From Candidatus Zhuqueibacterota bacterium (GTDB taxonomy: Bacteria > Zhuqueibacterota > Zhuqueibacteria > Thermofontimicrobiales > Thiofontviventaceae): DNA of 64,000 nt. Position 1 is the first letter of the stretch. Each line of letters starts with the position of its first letter. The stretch spans positions 27,171 to 91,170 of the forward strand of contig JAZBPW010000125.1 in assembly GCA_036351795.1 (NCBI GenBank), written 5' to 3'. Below are positions 23,310 through 34,200 of this stretch, piece after piece. The notes under the pieces are model-generated. The model was not told where the DNA came from and made no database searches. It was given only the letters and a program-made list of their open reading frames with translations. A program made the position numbers and the translations under genes.

Positions 23310-24260
23310 ATGCATGATCTGAATACCAATGGCATTGTTGGTATCGTTTTGAATGAAAACCGAATGAAGTTGGTCGAGATCGAATCTTCCGGGGAAAATC
23401 TGTACCGGCTGACGAAGATTGCCGAAAAACAACTGGATTTCCCTTTCAATACGCATGCAATTGCAGAAAAATCACATGTTCATGAAATTGCTGATAGCTT
23501 GCGGGATGTGATTGAAAAGGAGAATTTCAGTAACCAGAATGCCGCATTCAGTCTGTCGAATAATCTTGTGATTGTCAAGAAGTATCCGATTGATTCCAGT
23601 ATGAATGAGGAAGAGATCGGAGAGCATGTAAAGTGGGAAGTGGGACAATTTTCATACTCCTCTCACGATGATTATATTTTTGATTATCAGAAACTGGATG
23701 ACAGAAAAAGTGAAATTGTTGTTGTCGCGGTCAAGACTCTGGTTGTACAATATATCAGGCAACTTTTCAGCAGAGCGCAAATCAAACTCCGGTATCTCGA
23801 CTCTGATATATTTTCCGCGATCAGGGCGATCAATAACAATTATGAGATGAGGCCGGGAGAACGGTCCGCACTTATCTGTGTGGAAAATTCTGGTATTCAA
23901 TTTACTCTGGTTGAAGGCGGCTTCTATTACTACTCGTATCATGTGTCGTTTGATTTTGAGAAGGAGTCATCAGAACAGTCACTTTCTGACGATATCATCA
24001 AGATTATTTCTAAAGAACTGAAACGTATCATAATTGATAATAAAATTGGTGACAAGATAGAGGATTTGTCACGAATTTTTATTTATGGGGAATTAATAAA
24101 AGACGAAACGTTGCGTTCACTTCAAAATATTTACAGCGTCAGAATCGATAGGGCGAATCCGTTCAGACAGCTGCGCTTCGCTCAGGATGTAGATATCGAT
24201 AAAAAAATATGGTCTCAACCAGAGACCTTTACAGTCTGTGTCGGGTCGGCACTGAGATAA
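23310..24260 (+). CDS. pilM: PilM-like pilus assembly protein
   Basis: VGIVLNENRMKLVE, VIVKKYPI, YIFDYQ, VVVAVK, LRYLDSDIFS, ANPF, VGSALR. ATG 23310 preferred (AAGGA RBS) over TTG 23304. Confidence 0.75.
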   Translation: MHDLNTNGIVGIVLNENRMKLVEIESSGENLYRLTKIAEKQLDFPFNTHAIAEKSHVHEIADSLRDVIEKENFSNQNAAFSLSNNLVIVKKYPIDSSMNEEEIGEHVKWEVGQFSYSSHDDYIFDYQKLDDRKSEIVVVAVKTLVVQYIRQLFSRAQIKLRYLDSDIFSAIRAINNNYEMRPGERSALICVENSGIQFTLVEGGFYYYSYHVSFDFEKESSEQSLSDDIIKIISKELKRIIIDNKIGDKIEDLSRIFIYGELIKDETLRSLQNIYSVRIDRANPFRQLRFAQDVDIDKKIWSQPETFTVCVGSALR

Positions 24261-24297
24261 TTAATTTTGGAGGGGCCTTACAGAAAAGGAGTGGGCC

Positions 24298-25281
24298 ATG
24301 AAAGATATAAATTTATTGGGTGAAGACAAGTTTCAGAACGAAGGGGATGACGATAGCGAAAATTTTTCTCAGACCTATAGTTCTGATTCCAGGGAGTTGA
24401 CATCAGATTCGAATGTTGCCGATTCTGATATGAATTCCAATTACTACGACAAAAGCTACACGAGAAGCAGCTCAAAGAAGGCGACGTATATTATCGGAGC
24501 GCTTTTCGTTATTGCAGCATTTATCATTGGCTATCTGTTATATAAGTTCACCAGTGATAAATCTGAATTTCCAACCACCACGGAGTCAGATGTCTCTGCT
24601 CCGGACAGGGAAAGCTCTTCTGCATTGGATTCGCCGACGGAAATGGGTATCATTGAGGCGGAATCTGCGGTAAACCTTCCTGCGTTTGAAAGGGAGTTGA
24701 TCTCCGCGACGAATAAAGGTGTTGCAGCAATCGAATCGATCTATGCGCTGGTACCACAAAATGTCAATTTTACTGTCATTCAATATCGTGATGGTAATTT
24801 TTTAGCGGAAATGCTTGGTAGCTCATCTGAAGATCTGTCCAGAATTCAGGAGAATTTGCTCAATGCATCAGTCACAGATAATGTGAATATTCTATCGCAG
24901 GAAGCTAAAAATGTGAATGGCGTGAACTATCAAAAGGCTTTGATCAATGGCATGGTGACCGGTAGTTCTGGAATTGGCATGAGAAGCCCGGAGTACCTCG
25001 ATGTGAATTCTGTGAAAGAAAGGTTCAGTCAGTACTGCGAAGAAGAAGGAATGCGGCTTAAGCAGTTTGATATTAAAAGCGAAATGGCGGGGACGGAATA
25101 TACAAAAATTCCGGTGATGTTCAAAGCTACCGGTGGGAAAGGCGCTGCGGTCAGTTTTCTCAAAAAACTGGTTGATAACAATATTAACGTCAACCTGTCC
25201 AAGATCGTATTGATCCAGAGAGTGCCGGGTGATTCGGAAATCAACCTGATTCTCAATATGGAAGTCTATACACCAATTTAG
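24298..25281 (+). CDS. PilN-like (possibly PilN-PilO fused) inner-membrane protein
   Basis: N-terminal DINLL (PilN INLL motif), one TM segment, two periplasmic alpha/beta-like segments; follows pilM. Confidence 0.55.
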   Translation: MKDINLLGEDKFQNEGDDDSENFSQTYSSDSRELTSDSNVADSDMNSNYYDKSYTRSSSKKATYIIGALFVIAAFIIGYLLYKFTSDKSEFPTTTESDVSAPDRESSSALDSPTEMGIIEAESAVNLPAFERELISATNKGVAAIESIYALVPQNVNFTVIQYRDGNFLAEMLGSSSEDLSRIQENLLNASVTDNVNILSQEAKNVNGVNYQKALINGMVTGSSGIGMRSPEYLDVNSVKERFSQYCEEEGMRLKQFDIKSEMAGTEYTKIPVMFKATGGKGAAVSFLKKLVDNNINVNLSKIVLIQRVPGDSEINLILNMEVYTPI

Positions 25282-25310
25282 TCGATGATCATTTTATGAA
25301 AAAGATGTGA

Positions 25311-25874
25311 ATGCGAATCATTTCCGGGTTGAAAAAGGGCAGAAGACTGGCTACGCCGAAGGACAGATCCATTCGGCCAACAACGGATAGAACAAAACAA
25401 TTCATCTTTGACTATCTCGGAGCAAATATCGTTGATGCGGATGTTCTGGACCTTTTCTCTGGTACCGGAAATCTGGGACTAGAGTCCCTGAGCCGGGGGG
25501 CTTCGCATGTTACATTCGTAGAGAACAGTCGGGTTGCTGTCAAGCTAATTGAAAAAAATCTGGATATCACCGGATTCGAAGCAAAGTCACGTATCGTTCG
25601 CAGCAATGTTTGGGACTATATGAGATATGCAGCCAGCAATGGCGTGCGTTATGATCTGATTTTCGCAGATCCTCCTTATCTTTTCAAACAATATCAAAAA
25701 CTCATTGAATTTGTTGATAGATCGTCTATGTTAAATCAAGGTGGACAGTTCATCCTTGAACACGAATCCGCGTTGAACACGGATTTTAATTTATCTGTGC
25801 TGAAAATGATTAAATCGAAAAAATCCGGCGTAACAACGGTCTCCTTTTTCGTAGAGGAGGAAAAGAAAAATTGA
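25311..25874 (+). CDS. rsmD: 16S rRNA (guanine966-N2)-methyltransferase RsmD
   Basis: MRIISG..KGR, IRPTTDR, LDLFSGTGNLGLESLSRGA, IFADPPY. Confidence 0.96.
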   Translation: MRIISGLKKGRRLATPKDRSIRPTTDRTKQFIFDYLGANIVDADVLDLFSGTGNLGLESLSRGASHVTFVENSRVAVKLIEKNLDITGFEAKSRIVRSNVWDYMRYAASNGVRYDLIFADPPYLFKQYQKLIEFVDRSSMLNQGGQFILEHESALNTDFNLSVLKMIKSKKSGVTTVSFFVEEEKKN

Positions 25875-26350
25875 AGATAGGTATTTATCCTGGAACATTC
25901 GACCCAATTACAAACGGTCACCTGGATATCATTGAGCGCTCCGTTCTGTTGTTTGATGAAGTCATCGTTGCGGTGACGACAAATCCACAGAAATCACCGC
26001 TTTTTTCCGTTGAAGACCGCATTGATATGATCACAAATGCGGTTCAGGGTAAGCAAAACATCGTGACTGACAGTTTCAATGAGTTGCTTGTATCCTATGC
26101 TCAACGGAGAGGGGCAACGGCAATCATACGGGGACTACGGGCAACATCGGATTTTGAATATGAATTTCAAATGGCGCTCGTTAACAGAAAGTTATCAAAG
26201 AATCTGCTCACTGTGTTCCTGATGCCGAATGAAAAGTACACATATTTGAATTCTACTATTGTCAAAGAGGTTGCAAGTCTGAATGGTGATATCAGCTGTT
26301 TTGTGCCTTCATATGTATTAAAAAAGATGAAAGAAAAGTTCAACAAATAG
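25871..26350 (+). CDS. coaD: Phosphopantetheine adenylyltransferase
   Basis: YPGTFDPITNGHLDII, IIRGLRATSDFEYE, SSTIVKE-like LNSTIVKE. Confidence 0.97.
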   Translation: MKIGIYPGTFDPITNGHLDIIERSVLLFDEVIVAVTTNPQKSPLFSVEDRIDMITNAVQGKQNIVTDSFNELLVSYAQRRGATAIIRGLRATSDFEYEFQMALVNRKLSKNLLTVFLMPNEKYTYLNSTIVKEVASLNGDISCFVPSYVLKKMKEKFNK

Positions 26351-26357
26351 ATCCGAT

Positions 26358-27476
26358 ATGAAAACGCAAGGACTAAATACCGAGATCAAAGCCGGCGGCA
26401 AAAAGTTTCATGTTCAGACGAACTACCTTGAGCCCGTGGAAAAGATTATTTCGAGCATCTATGAAGATGGACAAATTCTGTTCAAAAAAGAACGGCATGT
26501 CGACGAAGATAATGTAGAAAAAGCGTTAGAGAATGGAATTAAAGAGCTGCATAAAGAGACAATTGATGATATTGAATTACTCTACTACATATCTGTAAAA
26601 GTAAGTTCCATTCGGCACGCACCATCCAATTTACGCTTAGGCAAGATGTTCTTGCACTACAATCTGATTCAGGATGGCATCGAAGAATTTAAAAATGCAG
26701 TCAATCTCGATCCGGATTTGGTCGATGCGTATAAATACCTCAGCATCTCATATCTGTCTCAGAAAAATTATGAACAGGCATTGGAAACAGTCAATGCTGC
26801 GCTGGAGAAAGAGGATGCCTACCCGGATCTCTATTGCGTGCTTGGGAGAATACAATCTGAGAGAAAAGAGTACAGTGATTCAATCGTTTCGCTTAACAAG
26901 GCGCTGGAACTCAATCCGGATTACGAAGAGGCTGGCATTTATCTGATATACACGCTTCTTAAAAGCGTTGCAGATGAATACGAAGATGAAAGTCTGCCAG
27001 GGCTGGAGAATCGAAAAGAGATCGCAATTTCACAGCTTCAGAGATCAGAAAAATTTATACGCTCGGACAGGTTGATAGAGATCTACGAAATTCTTGAAAA
27101 AGGTGACTTTAATAAAACGTGCAATGTACTTCTTTCTGTGATTGATGAGGATCTGAAAAAAGATATTGGGTATCTGGAAAATGAATTTTATTTGAGATTC
27201 ATGTTTGGTGGTAAGGGAAAAAATGATGAGTTTGTGAAAAAATACGTAGAAGATATTCAGAAGACACTTGCGCAAAATCCACAATATGCAGACTTGAGAA
27301 ACAATCTTGGTATTGCGTACCTCATCCAATGTAGAAATCTATTTTTAAAAGCCCTTGATGAATTTCGCGAGGCGCTCAATATCAACGAGAAATACAATAA
27401 AGCGGAGAGAAATTTGAAGTTGGCCGAGAATGATGGCAAAGGGTTTCTTATCCTGCTCAGAGCCCTTTTGAAATAA
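26358..27476 (+). CDS. Tetratricopeptide repeat protein with an uncharacterised N-terminal domain
   Basis: Repeated TPR units (AVNLDPDLVDAY, ALELNPDYEEA, NPQYADLRNNLGIAY); N-terminal GLNTEIKAGGKKFHVQT. Confidence 0.8.
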   Translation: MKTQGLNTEIKAGGKKFHVQTNYLEPVEKIISSIYEDGQILFKKERHVDEDNVEKALENGIKELHKETIDDIELLYYISVKVSSIRHAPSNLRLGKMFLHYNLIQDGIEEFKNAVNLDPDLVDAYKYLSISYLSQKNYEQALETVNAALEKEDAYPDLYCVLGRIQSERKEYSDSIVSLNKALELNPDYEEAGIYLIYTLLKSVADEYEDESLPGLENRKEIAISQLQRSEKFIRSDRLIEIYEILEKGDFNKTCNVLLSVIDEDLKKDIGYLENEFYLRFMFGGKGKNDEFVKKYVEDIQKTLAQNPQYADLRNNLGIAYLIQCRNLFLKALDEFREALNINEKYNKAERNLKLAENDGKGFLILLRALLK

Positions 27477-27698
27477 TTCACCATAGATTCAACTTACCAT
27501 TCAATTCATTTTCCCGCAACACATAATTGGATTTTTCGATGCACATTCAGGTTTTTGAATGAAAGTGCGCTTGCCTGAGTGATGCATGGACTAAAACATA
27601 TATAAAATAAAATTTTATAATATCATATGGTATGGTTTTTGCATAAAAAAGCCTGCGTCCTGAAACGTTTTAAACAGATAATAAAGGGAGCGATGAAG

Positions 27699-28202
27699 AT
27701 GTATCCAAATGAAACAAAAAGAACTGCTGAGACAAGAAAAGTACTGACAACATTTTTATTTATTTCACTTTTCGTCTGTATGATGGCAGGGCATGCTCAG
27801 GGAGCCGATACGGTGAATATCATTGCAAAAAATCCAGAAGTCCTGGCTAAGTCAATTTATACTATAGAATTTGATATTTCCAAAGAGATTCCACCGCAGG
27901 CCACTATCGAAATTACATTTCCCGCCGAATTTGATCTGTCAGGAGTATTGATCGGAAGTTCAACGACGATCAACGGCGGATTTAAACTCGATGTGAATGA
28001 AACCAGAATCGTTCTCAAAAGGTCTGGTCTCGGTAGAATAATTGGAGCAAATGAGAAGGTCGATGTAAAATTTGCGAATGTCACAAATCCGCCGGAATCT
28101 AAAACTGATTTCGAGCTGAAGATAGAAATCAAGAATGATGCTGGTGAATCGATCATTCAGCAGACGGATAAATTGAGTATCATTGCTCCGTCGGAAAAAT
28201 AA
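27699..28202 (+). CDS. Small secreted Ig-like protein, paralogue of the N-terminal domain of the downstream giant protein
   Basis: ORF track gives 27627; ATG 27699 lies 8 nt after GGGAG. Signal peptide ending AHAQG; shares SIYT, FDLS, NGGF and ANV.N motifs with the next gene. Confidence 0.75.
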   Translation: MYPNETKRTAETRKVLTTFLFISLFVCMMAGHAQGADTVNIIAKNPEVLAKSIYTIEFDISKEIPPQATIEITFPAEFDLSGVLIGSSTTINGGFKLDVNETRIVLKRSGLGRIIGANEKVDVKFANVTNPPESKTDFELKIEIKNDAGESIIQQTDKLSIIAPSEK

Positions 28203-28287
28203 GCTTAGAGATAGACATATAATAGAACCCATCGGCAGAATCGACTTGGCTTGACATCTTTGAATTGACAACGAGAGAAAGCACTAA

Positions 28288-31200
28288 ATGAGAAGGAAGC
28301 ACCTTTGTGTATTTTTTGCAGCACTGGCAATTCTCATTGGAAATGGGAGTTATGCAACTGCGCAATCTACTGGTTCATTGGTAAATTTATCTGCAAGCGC
28401 CCAGAATGATGGGGCGGGTGCAGAATCGATATATACATTTACTTTCACGACATCGAATAACGGGAATGGCATTGATATCGGTATTCCAGCGAATGGAAAG
28501 ATATTCTTTGAATTTGAAGCCGATTTCGATCTCAGTCAGGTCTCTATTGCGTATGTCGTATCGGGAATGAATGGTGGCTTCGCATCGATCGTCGATACGA
28601 GCGGTACCGGACTGGAGTTGTTTATTACCCGTGATGGAACCGGAACTGCTGTTTCGAGAAATGCCACGGTAAGCATACGTATTGCAAATGTGGTGAACGC
28701 AACTACAGTCGGTGGCTCTTACAGAATCTATGTGAAGACCATGACGAATGCGAACACTCATATCGATCAGGGTACGGTTTCAGGTTTTGATATCAATGCC
28801 GGCCCGATGGATTATATAAGGATCGAGGACCTGCCGGATGGCATCGGTGCTGAGTTTGGATCAGCAACGCTTTCGTCCGGACAGACCCGAAACATGTATG
28901 CGGTTGGTTATGATGCATACGGAAATTATGCCGGCAACATGAATGTGGATTGGAGTGTTGCTGGTGGGATTGGTACGGTCTCTCCAGCTGTCAATTCCAG
29001 CATCACGCTGTTTACGGCGACAATTACAGGGACGGGGAATGTCGTTGCGGATGATGGAAGCAGAAATGTTGACAATACCGGCGAAATCACTGTCAATCCA
29101 GGAACGCTGAGTTATGTGAAGATCGTCGAGGGAGTGGCTGGAGATGGCAGCGAACTCACAACAAAATCGCTCACAACGGACCAGTCGCTTCTCGTACATG
29201 CGGCAGGATATGATCTGTACGATAACTATATCAACGATGTCGCCGTTGACTGGTCTGTGAATGACAGTCTCGGTTCGATCGCACCCGCCACAGGACCACA
29301 GGCAGTGTTCGAACCGGATAAAACAGGTACGGGTCAAATACTTGCTGATCATGCGACGGCAACGGATGATCAGACGGGAGATATTACTGTCAACGCTGGT
29401 GCATTGAAGCGTATCCGCATCGTTGACGGAGCGTCCGGGGACGGTATCGAACTGGGAACAAAGAATCTCTCCACCGGAGATACGCTGACAGTGCATGCAG
29501 CGGGATATGATGCAGATGGAAATTACAGGGAAGATCCGCAGGTGAGCTGGACAGTTGTCAATGATATCGGCACGGTGACCCCTGCGGCCAATTCTGAGAT
29601 AACGAATTTCGTCGCGACACGCATTGGTTCGGGATTTATCAAGGCGACGCATCCCGATGCCGGTAGTGACCTGACAGATGAAATTACAGTAGGCAGTGGA
29701 CAGTTGCATCGGATCCTCATACAGAATAAGCCCGGTGGTATGGGCACGACTGTTCAGGATACTGTCGTATATTTGAATCAGACGACTCGTTTTTACGCGG
29801 CCGGGTATGACGAATATGGTAACTATATTCGGGATATAGATGCTACGTGGAAGCATATCGGGAATTTCAGCTTTCCTGACTCTCTTGTTGCTGATGAAAT
29901 ATCAATAGCACCACAGCAGCTGGGTTTGAGTGGCCGGTTTACCGCAGATAGCGCCGGACTTGTTCCGGATACGACCGGTCTGATACAGGTTGCGGATATC
30001 AGCTACATTCGGATCAGTGAATCAGCAGAGGGCGGCGGTCAAAAGTACGCAGGGACTGTCCTGTCTGCTGATGATTCTGTGACATTGTTCGCTGCGGCAT
30101 ACGATGTCAGCGATAATTTCATTGATACGGTGACAGTAAATTGGGTTGTCGAGAATATGGAGCCGTCGGAGGGAGTCGCGGGGTCCAGGTTTACTTTTTC
30201 GCCCACTGTTGCACATCTGAGCGGAAGAATTATCGCGGACCACGCTTATGCGAGAGATGATTCCACCGGATTGATAACGATAGTGCCGGGCGTTCCTTTC
30301 GGACATTTTCAGATGAATGTCGATTCGACAGAGCTTTCTGCCAATGGCAGCGATCAGACCGGTATTATGTCGGACACAATTTATGATTATGACGGCAATG
30401 TGATTCAGCAAAACAGCCAATTCACTGTTGTTGCCAAACCGTCGAATCTTGGTTTAATGGTGACACCCGCAGATGTAAATAGCACGATAGCGGGGCACCA
30501 AATCAATTCAGATGCGCAGGGGCGCATTTCCTTTACTGTGAGAGCGGGTACTCTGGGGGGCACGGCATATATATCAGTGAACAGCGTAACCGGAAGTGCA
30601 CACGGCGACACGACGATCTCTTTGTCAGGCATCCGTCTGATATCAGTGACAGCAGAAAAGGAACGGGTGACGCGTAATCAGAATGATGTTCAGGTTCAGA
30701 TGCTCGTTAGGAACACGAGTCCCGAACCGGTTGATTCTCTAGAGGCAGATCTTAAATTTAAAACGTCAACCGGAGAGGATCGTCGGTCGGATTATGAGGT
30801 GTTCACAGGTACATTGCCAATACTCAATGGCGGAGAGCAGAGGATCATTGATCTTTCTGTGAATGTGAAAAGCAACGCGTTACTGGATAGCATTTTTATC
30901 GACGGAATTATCCGGGGCGCAACACAATCAAAGACGGTTGTTCAGGATACATCCGCTGCACAAAAGGATAGCTGGATTGTACAGGATCGGCCTATCCTCA
31001 GGATACTTGGCGTCACTGCGCCGGAGCTTGTAGAACAGGGGACGGTAACAACCGTGCGGTTAAGAGTGAAAAATGAAGGTGAGGCAGAGGCAAGCATAAC
31101 AAAGGACAGCCTCATGTTTTTCACGGCTGATCCGTTGATCGATGTAACGGATGAATACAGCCAGATACCGGAACACAGTTATCCCTATGTTTTAGGCTCT

Positions 31201-34200
31201 GATGAGATTCGGGACCTGCGTTACACAGTGACTGTCGGAGCAAATGCCACGCGAGGCGATGTGATTCTGGATGGATTCATCTCTGGCGTCGACGCGAATT
31301 CCGGCGTTGCTGTTTTTGATGATGACGCTGATACCACGGATACCTGGGAAGTAAAACGAATCGGAGAGATTGATATCACTGACTTTGAGGCGCAGCAGGA
31401 TTATGTCATCTCCGGACAGATGACGCCCTGGACCATTAGAATGAAAGTCGAAAACAAGTTTGAAACTGTCAATATGACTCTGGATAGTGCAGCGCTTCAG
31501 TTCTATACCGGAACCCAGGATATTACATCGGAATTTGAAGTAGAAAATCCAACAAAGTTTCAGGAATACGGCAGCACTGAAATTCTATATGCGGATACAA
31601 CAGAAACGCTTGTTTTCAGTGTCAGGAGCACAACGAATCAAAGAATAGGAAATATACGAATCACGGGCTCTGTCTATTTAAGTGATATTGCCCAATCACA
31701 GCTGACGGATTTTTCGGAGACGCAAATCATTGTGAAAACGCCATCGACACTGCAATTTGGGGAAATAAGCGTGTCGCAGACGGAAGTCACTCAAGCACAG
31801 AATAATGACTGGATGTTTACGGCGGCGGTGACAAATATCGGACAGTCAAATATCATTGCCGATCTGTCGTCCGATTCTACATATCTGGTGTTTTCAGGAT
31901 CCGATGATTTCAAGGTGATAAAACCGTCCAAATTTATCCTGTCTCAAAGCAATGTGATTTCGAGCGGAATGACGGATACGCTGCGGTTCATTGTCGATTC
32001 TACCGGTACTGTTCCGGGGCGCAGTGACATCAAGATTCAGGTGCTGTACGCGGATACGTATGCTGCGCAGGATTCCTTCTACGCCATTGATGCAGAAGCC
32101 TATGTCGATGTTCAAACGCCGGCATCGTTGAAAATATTGGACATGGTGAACATTGGGCCGAATTCGCCCTTTGTAAATACAGGACAGGATTTTCAATTGC
32201 GTGTGGATCTTGCCAATGAGGGTGGTGATGGCGCGCATGACATTCAACTGATTGTCAATACAGATGGGCAATCCACAGTAGTGCCAGTTGAGAATATTTC
32301 TATCGATGGTGAAAGCGTTGATTCTATCTTTGTGGATGTGCACGCTGCCGGTGATTGGAGCTATGGGGAAGTATTCTCAGCCGCCATTTCCGGAGCAGTG
32401 GGAGATAACACCAATGAATTTGATGCTGAAATTATCAAAGCAGCCGATGATGACAGCGCACTTGCTATTTTGCAGCGACCGGCAGAGCTCAGTATTACGA
32501 AAGTTATTCCTGAGTTTGGGACAGTGGAAGCGCTGAGCAGAGACTGGAAGATTTCTGTAGCTGTGCGCCGTGACGGGGCTGAGTCTGTCCGGATAAAGGA
32601 ACCGTCAGCCAATGATCTTCGCTTCTTGATCAATAGCGAAGAACAGGACGATTATATCATTATACCCCCTGAAGGATTCAAAAACTCCGGTGACCTGGTG
32701 TTGTCCGGATGGGATGTTGCAGAGGATACGCTGGTGTACACAGTGGATAAAACCGGTCTGCTGGGTGGAGATGCTTTGATAGAGGCGAATCTTGAAGCGA
32801 CGTATTTGAACAATGACAGTATTGTTTTCGTTCAAGAATCAGACTCCGTGTCCGTGGAAACAACTGCCAATCTGTCTATTTTGCAGACAACACCTGTTTG
32901 TCCGCGTCTGGAAGACGGGGTTGGTATTATCAGTACCGAACAGAATTACAGTATCCGCGTAACCCTGCAGAATTCTGGCGAAGAGGCGGTAGATAATGTG
33001 TGGGTGAGCCTTTTGGGACGGGAGACGTACAGTCAGATGCTCGACTCAATATCGGCGAAAGACCAGGCTTCATTGAGTTTCTTTCTTAAGGCGCCGGATA
33101 TCGAAAAGCGCATAGACTATGTCGCTGTCATTGATTCGGGGATCTCGAGGCTCAGCGGACAGCCGGCTCTTATCGGGTCTTCATACGATTCTGAAGCTTC
33201 GGTAGAGATTCAAAACAAGGCGAGGCTCTCTGTACAGGTAAATCCGGAAGATTCTGTAATGACAGTTGGGGTCTTGTCGTCAATGCGATTTAAGGTTGAA
33301 AATCTGGGTACTGCGAAAACAGACAGCCTGGGAAAGGTGATCATCACCATTCCAGAAAATTATAAAGTCATGAATGGAACGATGCTGGATTCAGTAACCA
33401 CAACGATTGATTTCGTCACCGGAAGAGAAGAGACGCTTCGGGTGGTTCCTCCGGGCGTCACCAGTTTCGGAGACCAGTTCAGAATTACAATGAGCACAAC
33501 TCCGAAAGATATGAATACAAATCTTCCGGCATTCGTGGAGAACCATACGGGAACGATCACAGTAAGCACCGTTGCCTCTGATTTCGATTTGTATACGCGG
33601 ATCACCTGGCCGAATGGCGCGAAAGACAACACCGTCTCCACAGAGCAGCTGTTTGATGTGCGGGTAGATTTTGACGTCTCACCAAATATCAAGCGAATAG
33701 AGGCCGGGTTGGATCTGGCAGATGGCTATCAATTCAGTAGTGGTGTTGAATCAATTCAGGTTGCTGAAAATGATGCTGTCGTCTGGCGTGTCAAAGCGCC
33801 TGTTGAAGAGAATTTGTTACCTGTTAATATGATGGTCACCGCTGTCGGCTATACCGGAACGGTGCAATATGAGCTCAGAGACACTATTGGTGTTGTATCC
33901 CAGAAAAAAGCACAACTGACTTTGGGAAGCCTGGGTATCGTATCGCCGTCGCAGACAGATAGTGTGCTGTCGCTTAATCAGGATTTTACGATTAGTACAA
34001 CCGTTGTGAATGATGGATCGGCGCCTGTCGTGGGGACGGGCACGCTGAGGATAGATTTCGGTGCCACAGGGGTGACAACACTGGAGAACCTGTCGAAAAC
34101 TTTTATAACGGGCACTCCGGTTCTCTGGCACGCGACGGCCCCCGGGAATGTGACTTCAAGAGACGATATATCAATATCCATTGAAAGCGTTCCCTTTGAC

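Noticed and set aside
28861-29856. 331-aa antisense ORF inside the giant gene
   Set aside because: Shadow of a strongly coding repeat region; no motifs and an unnatural composition.
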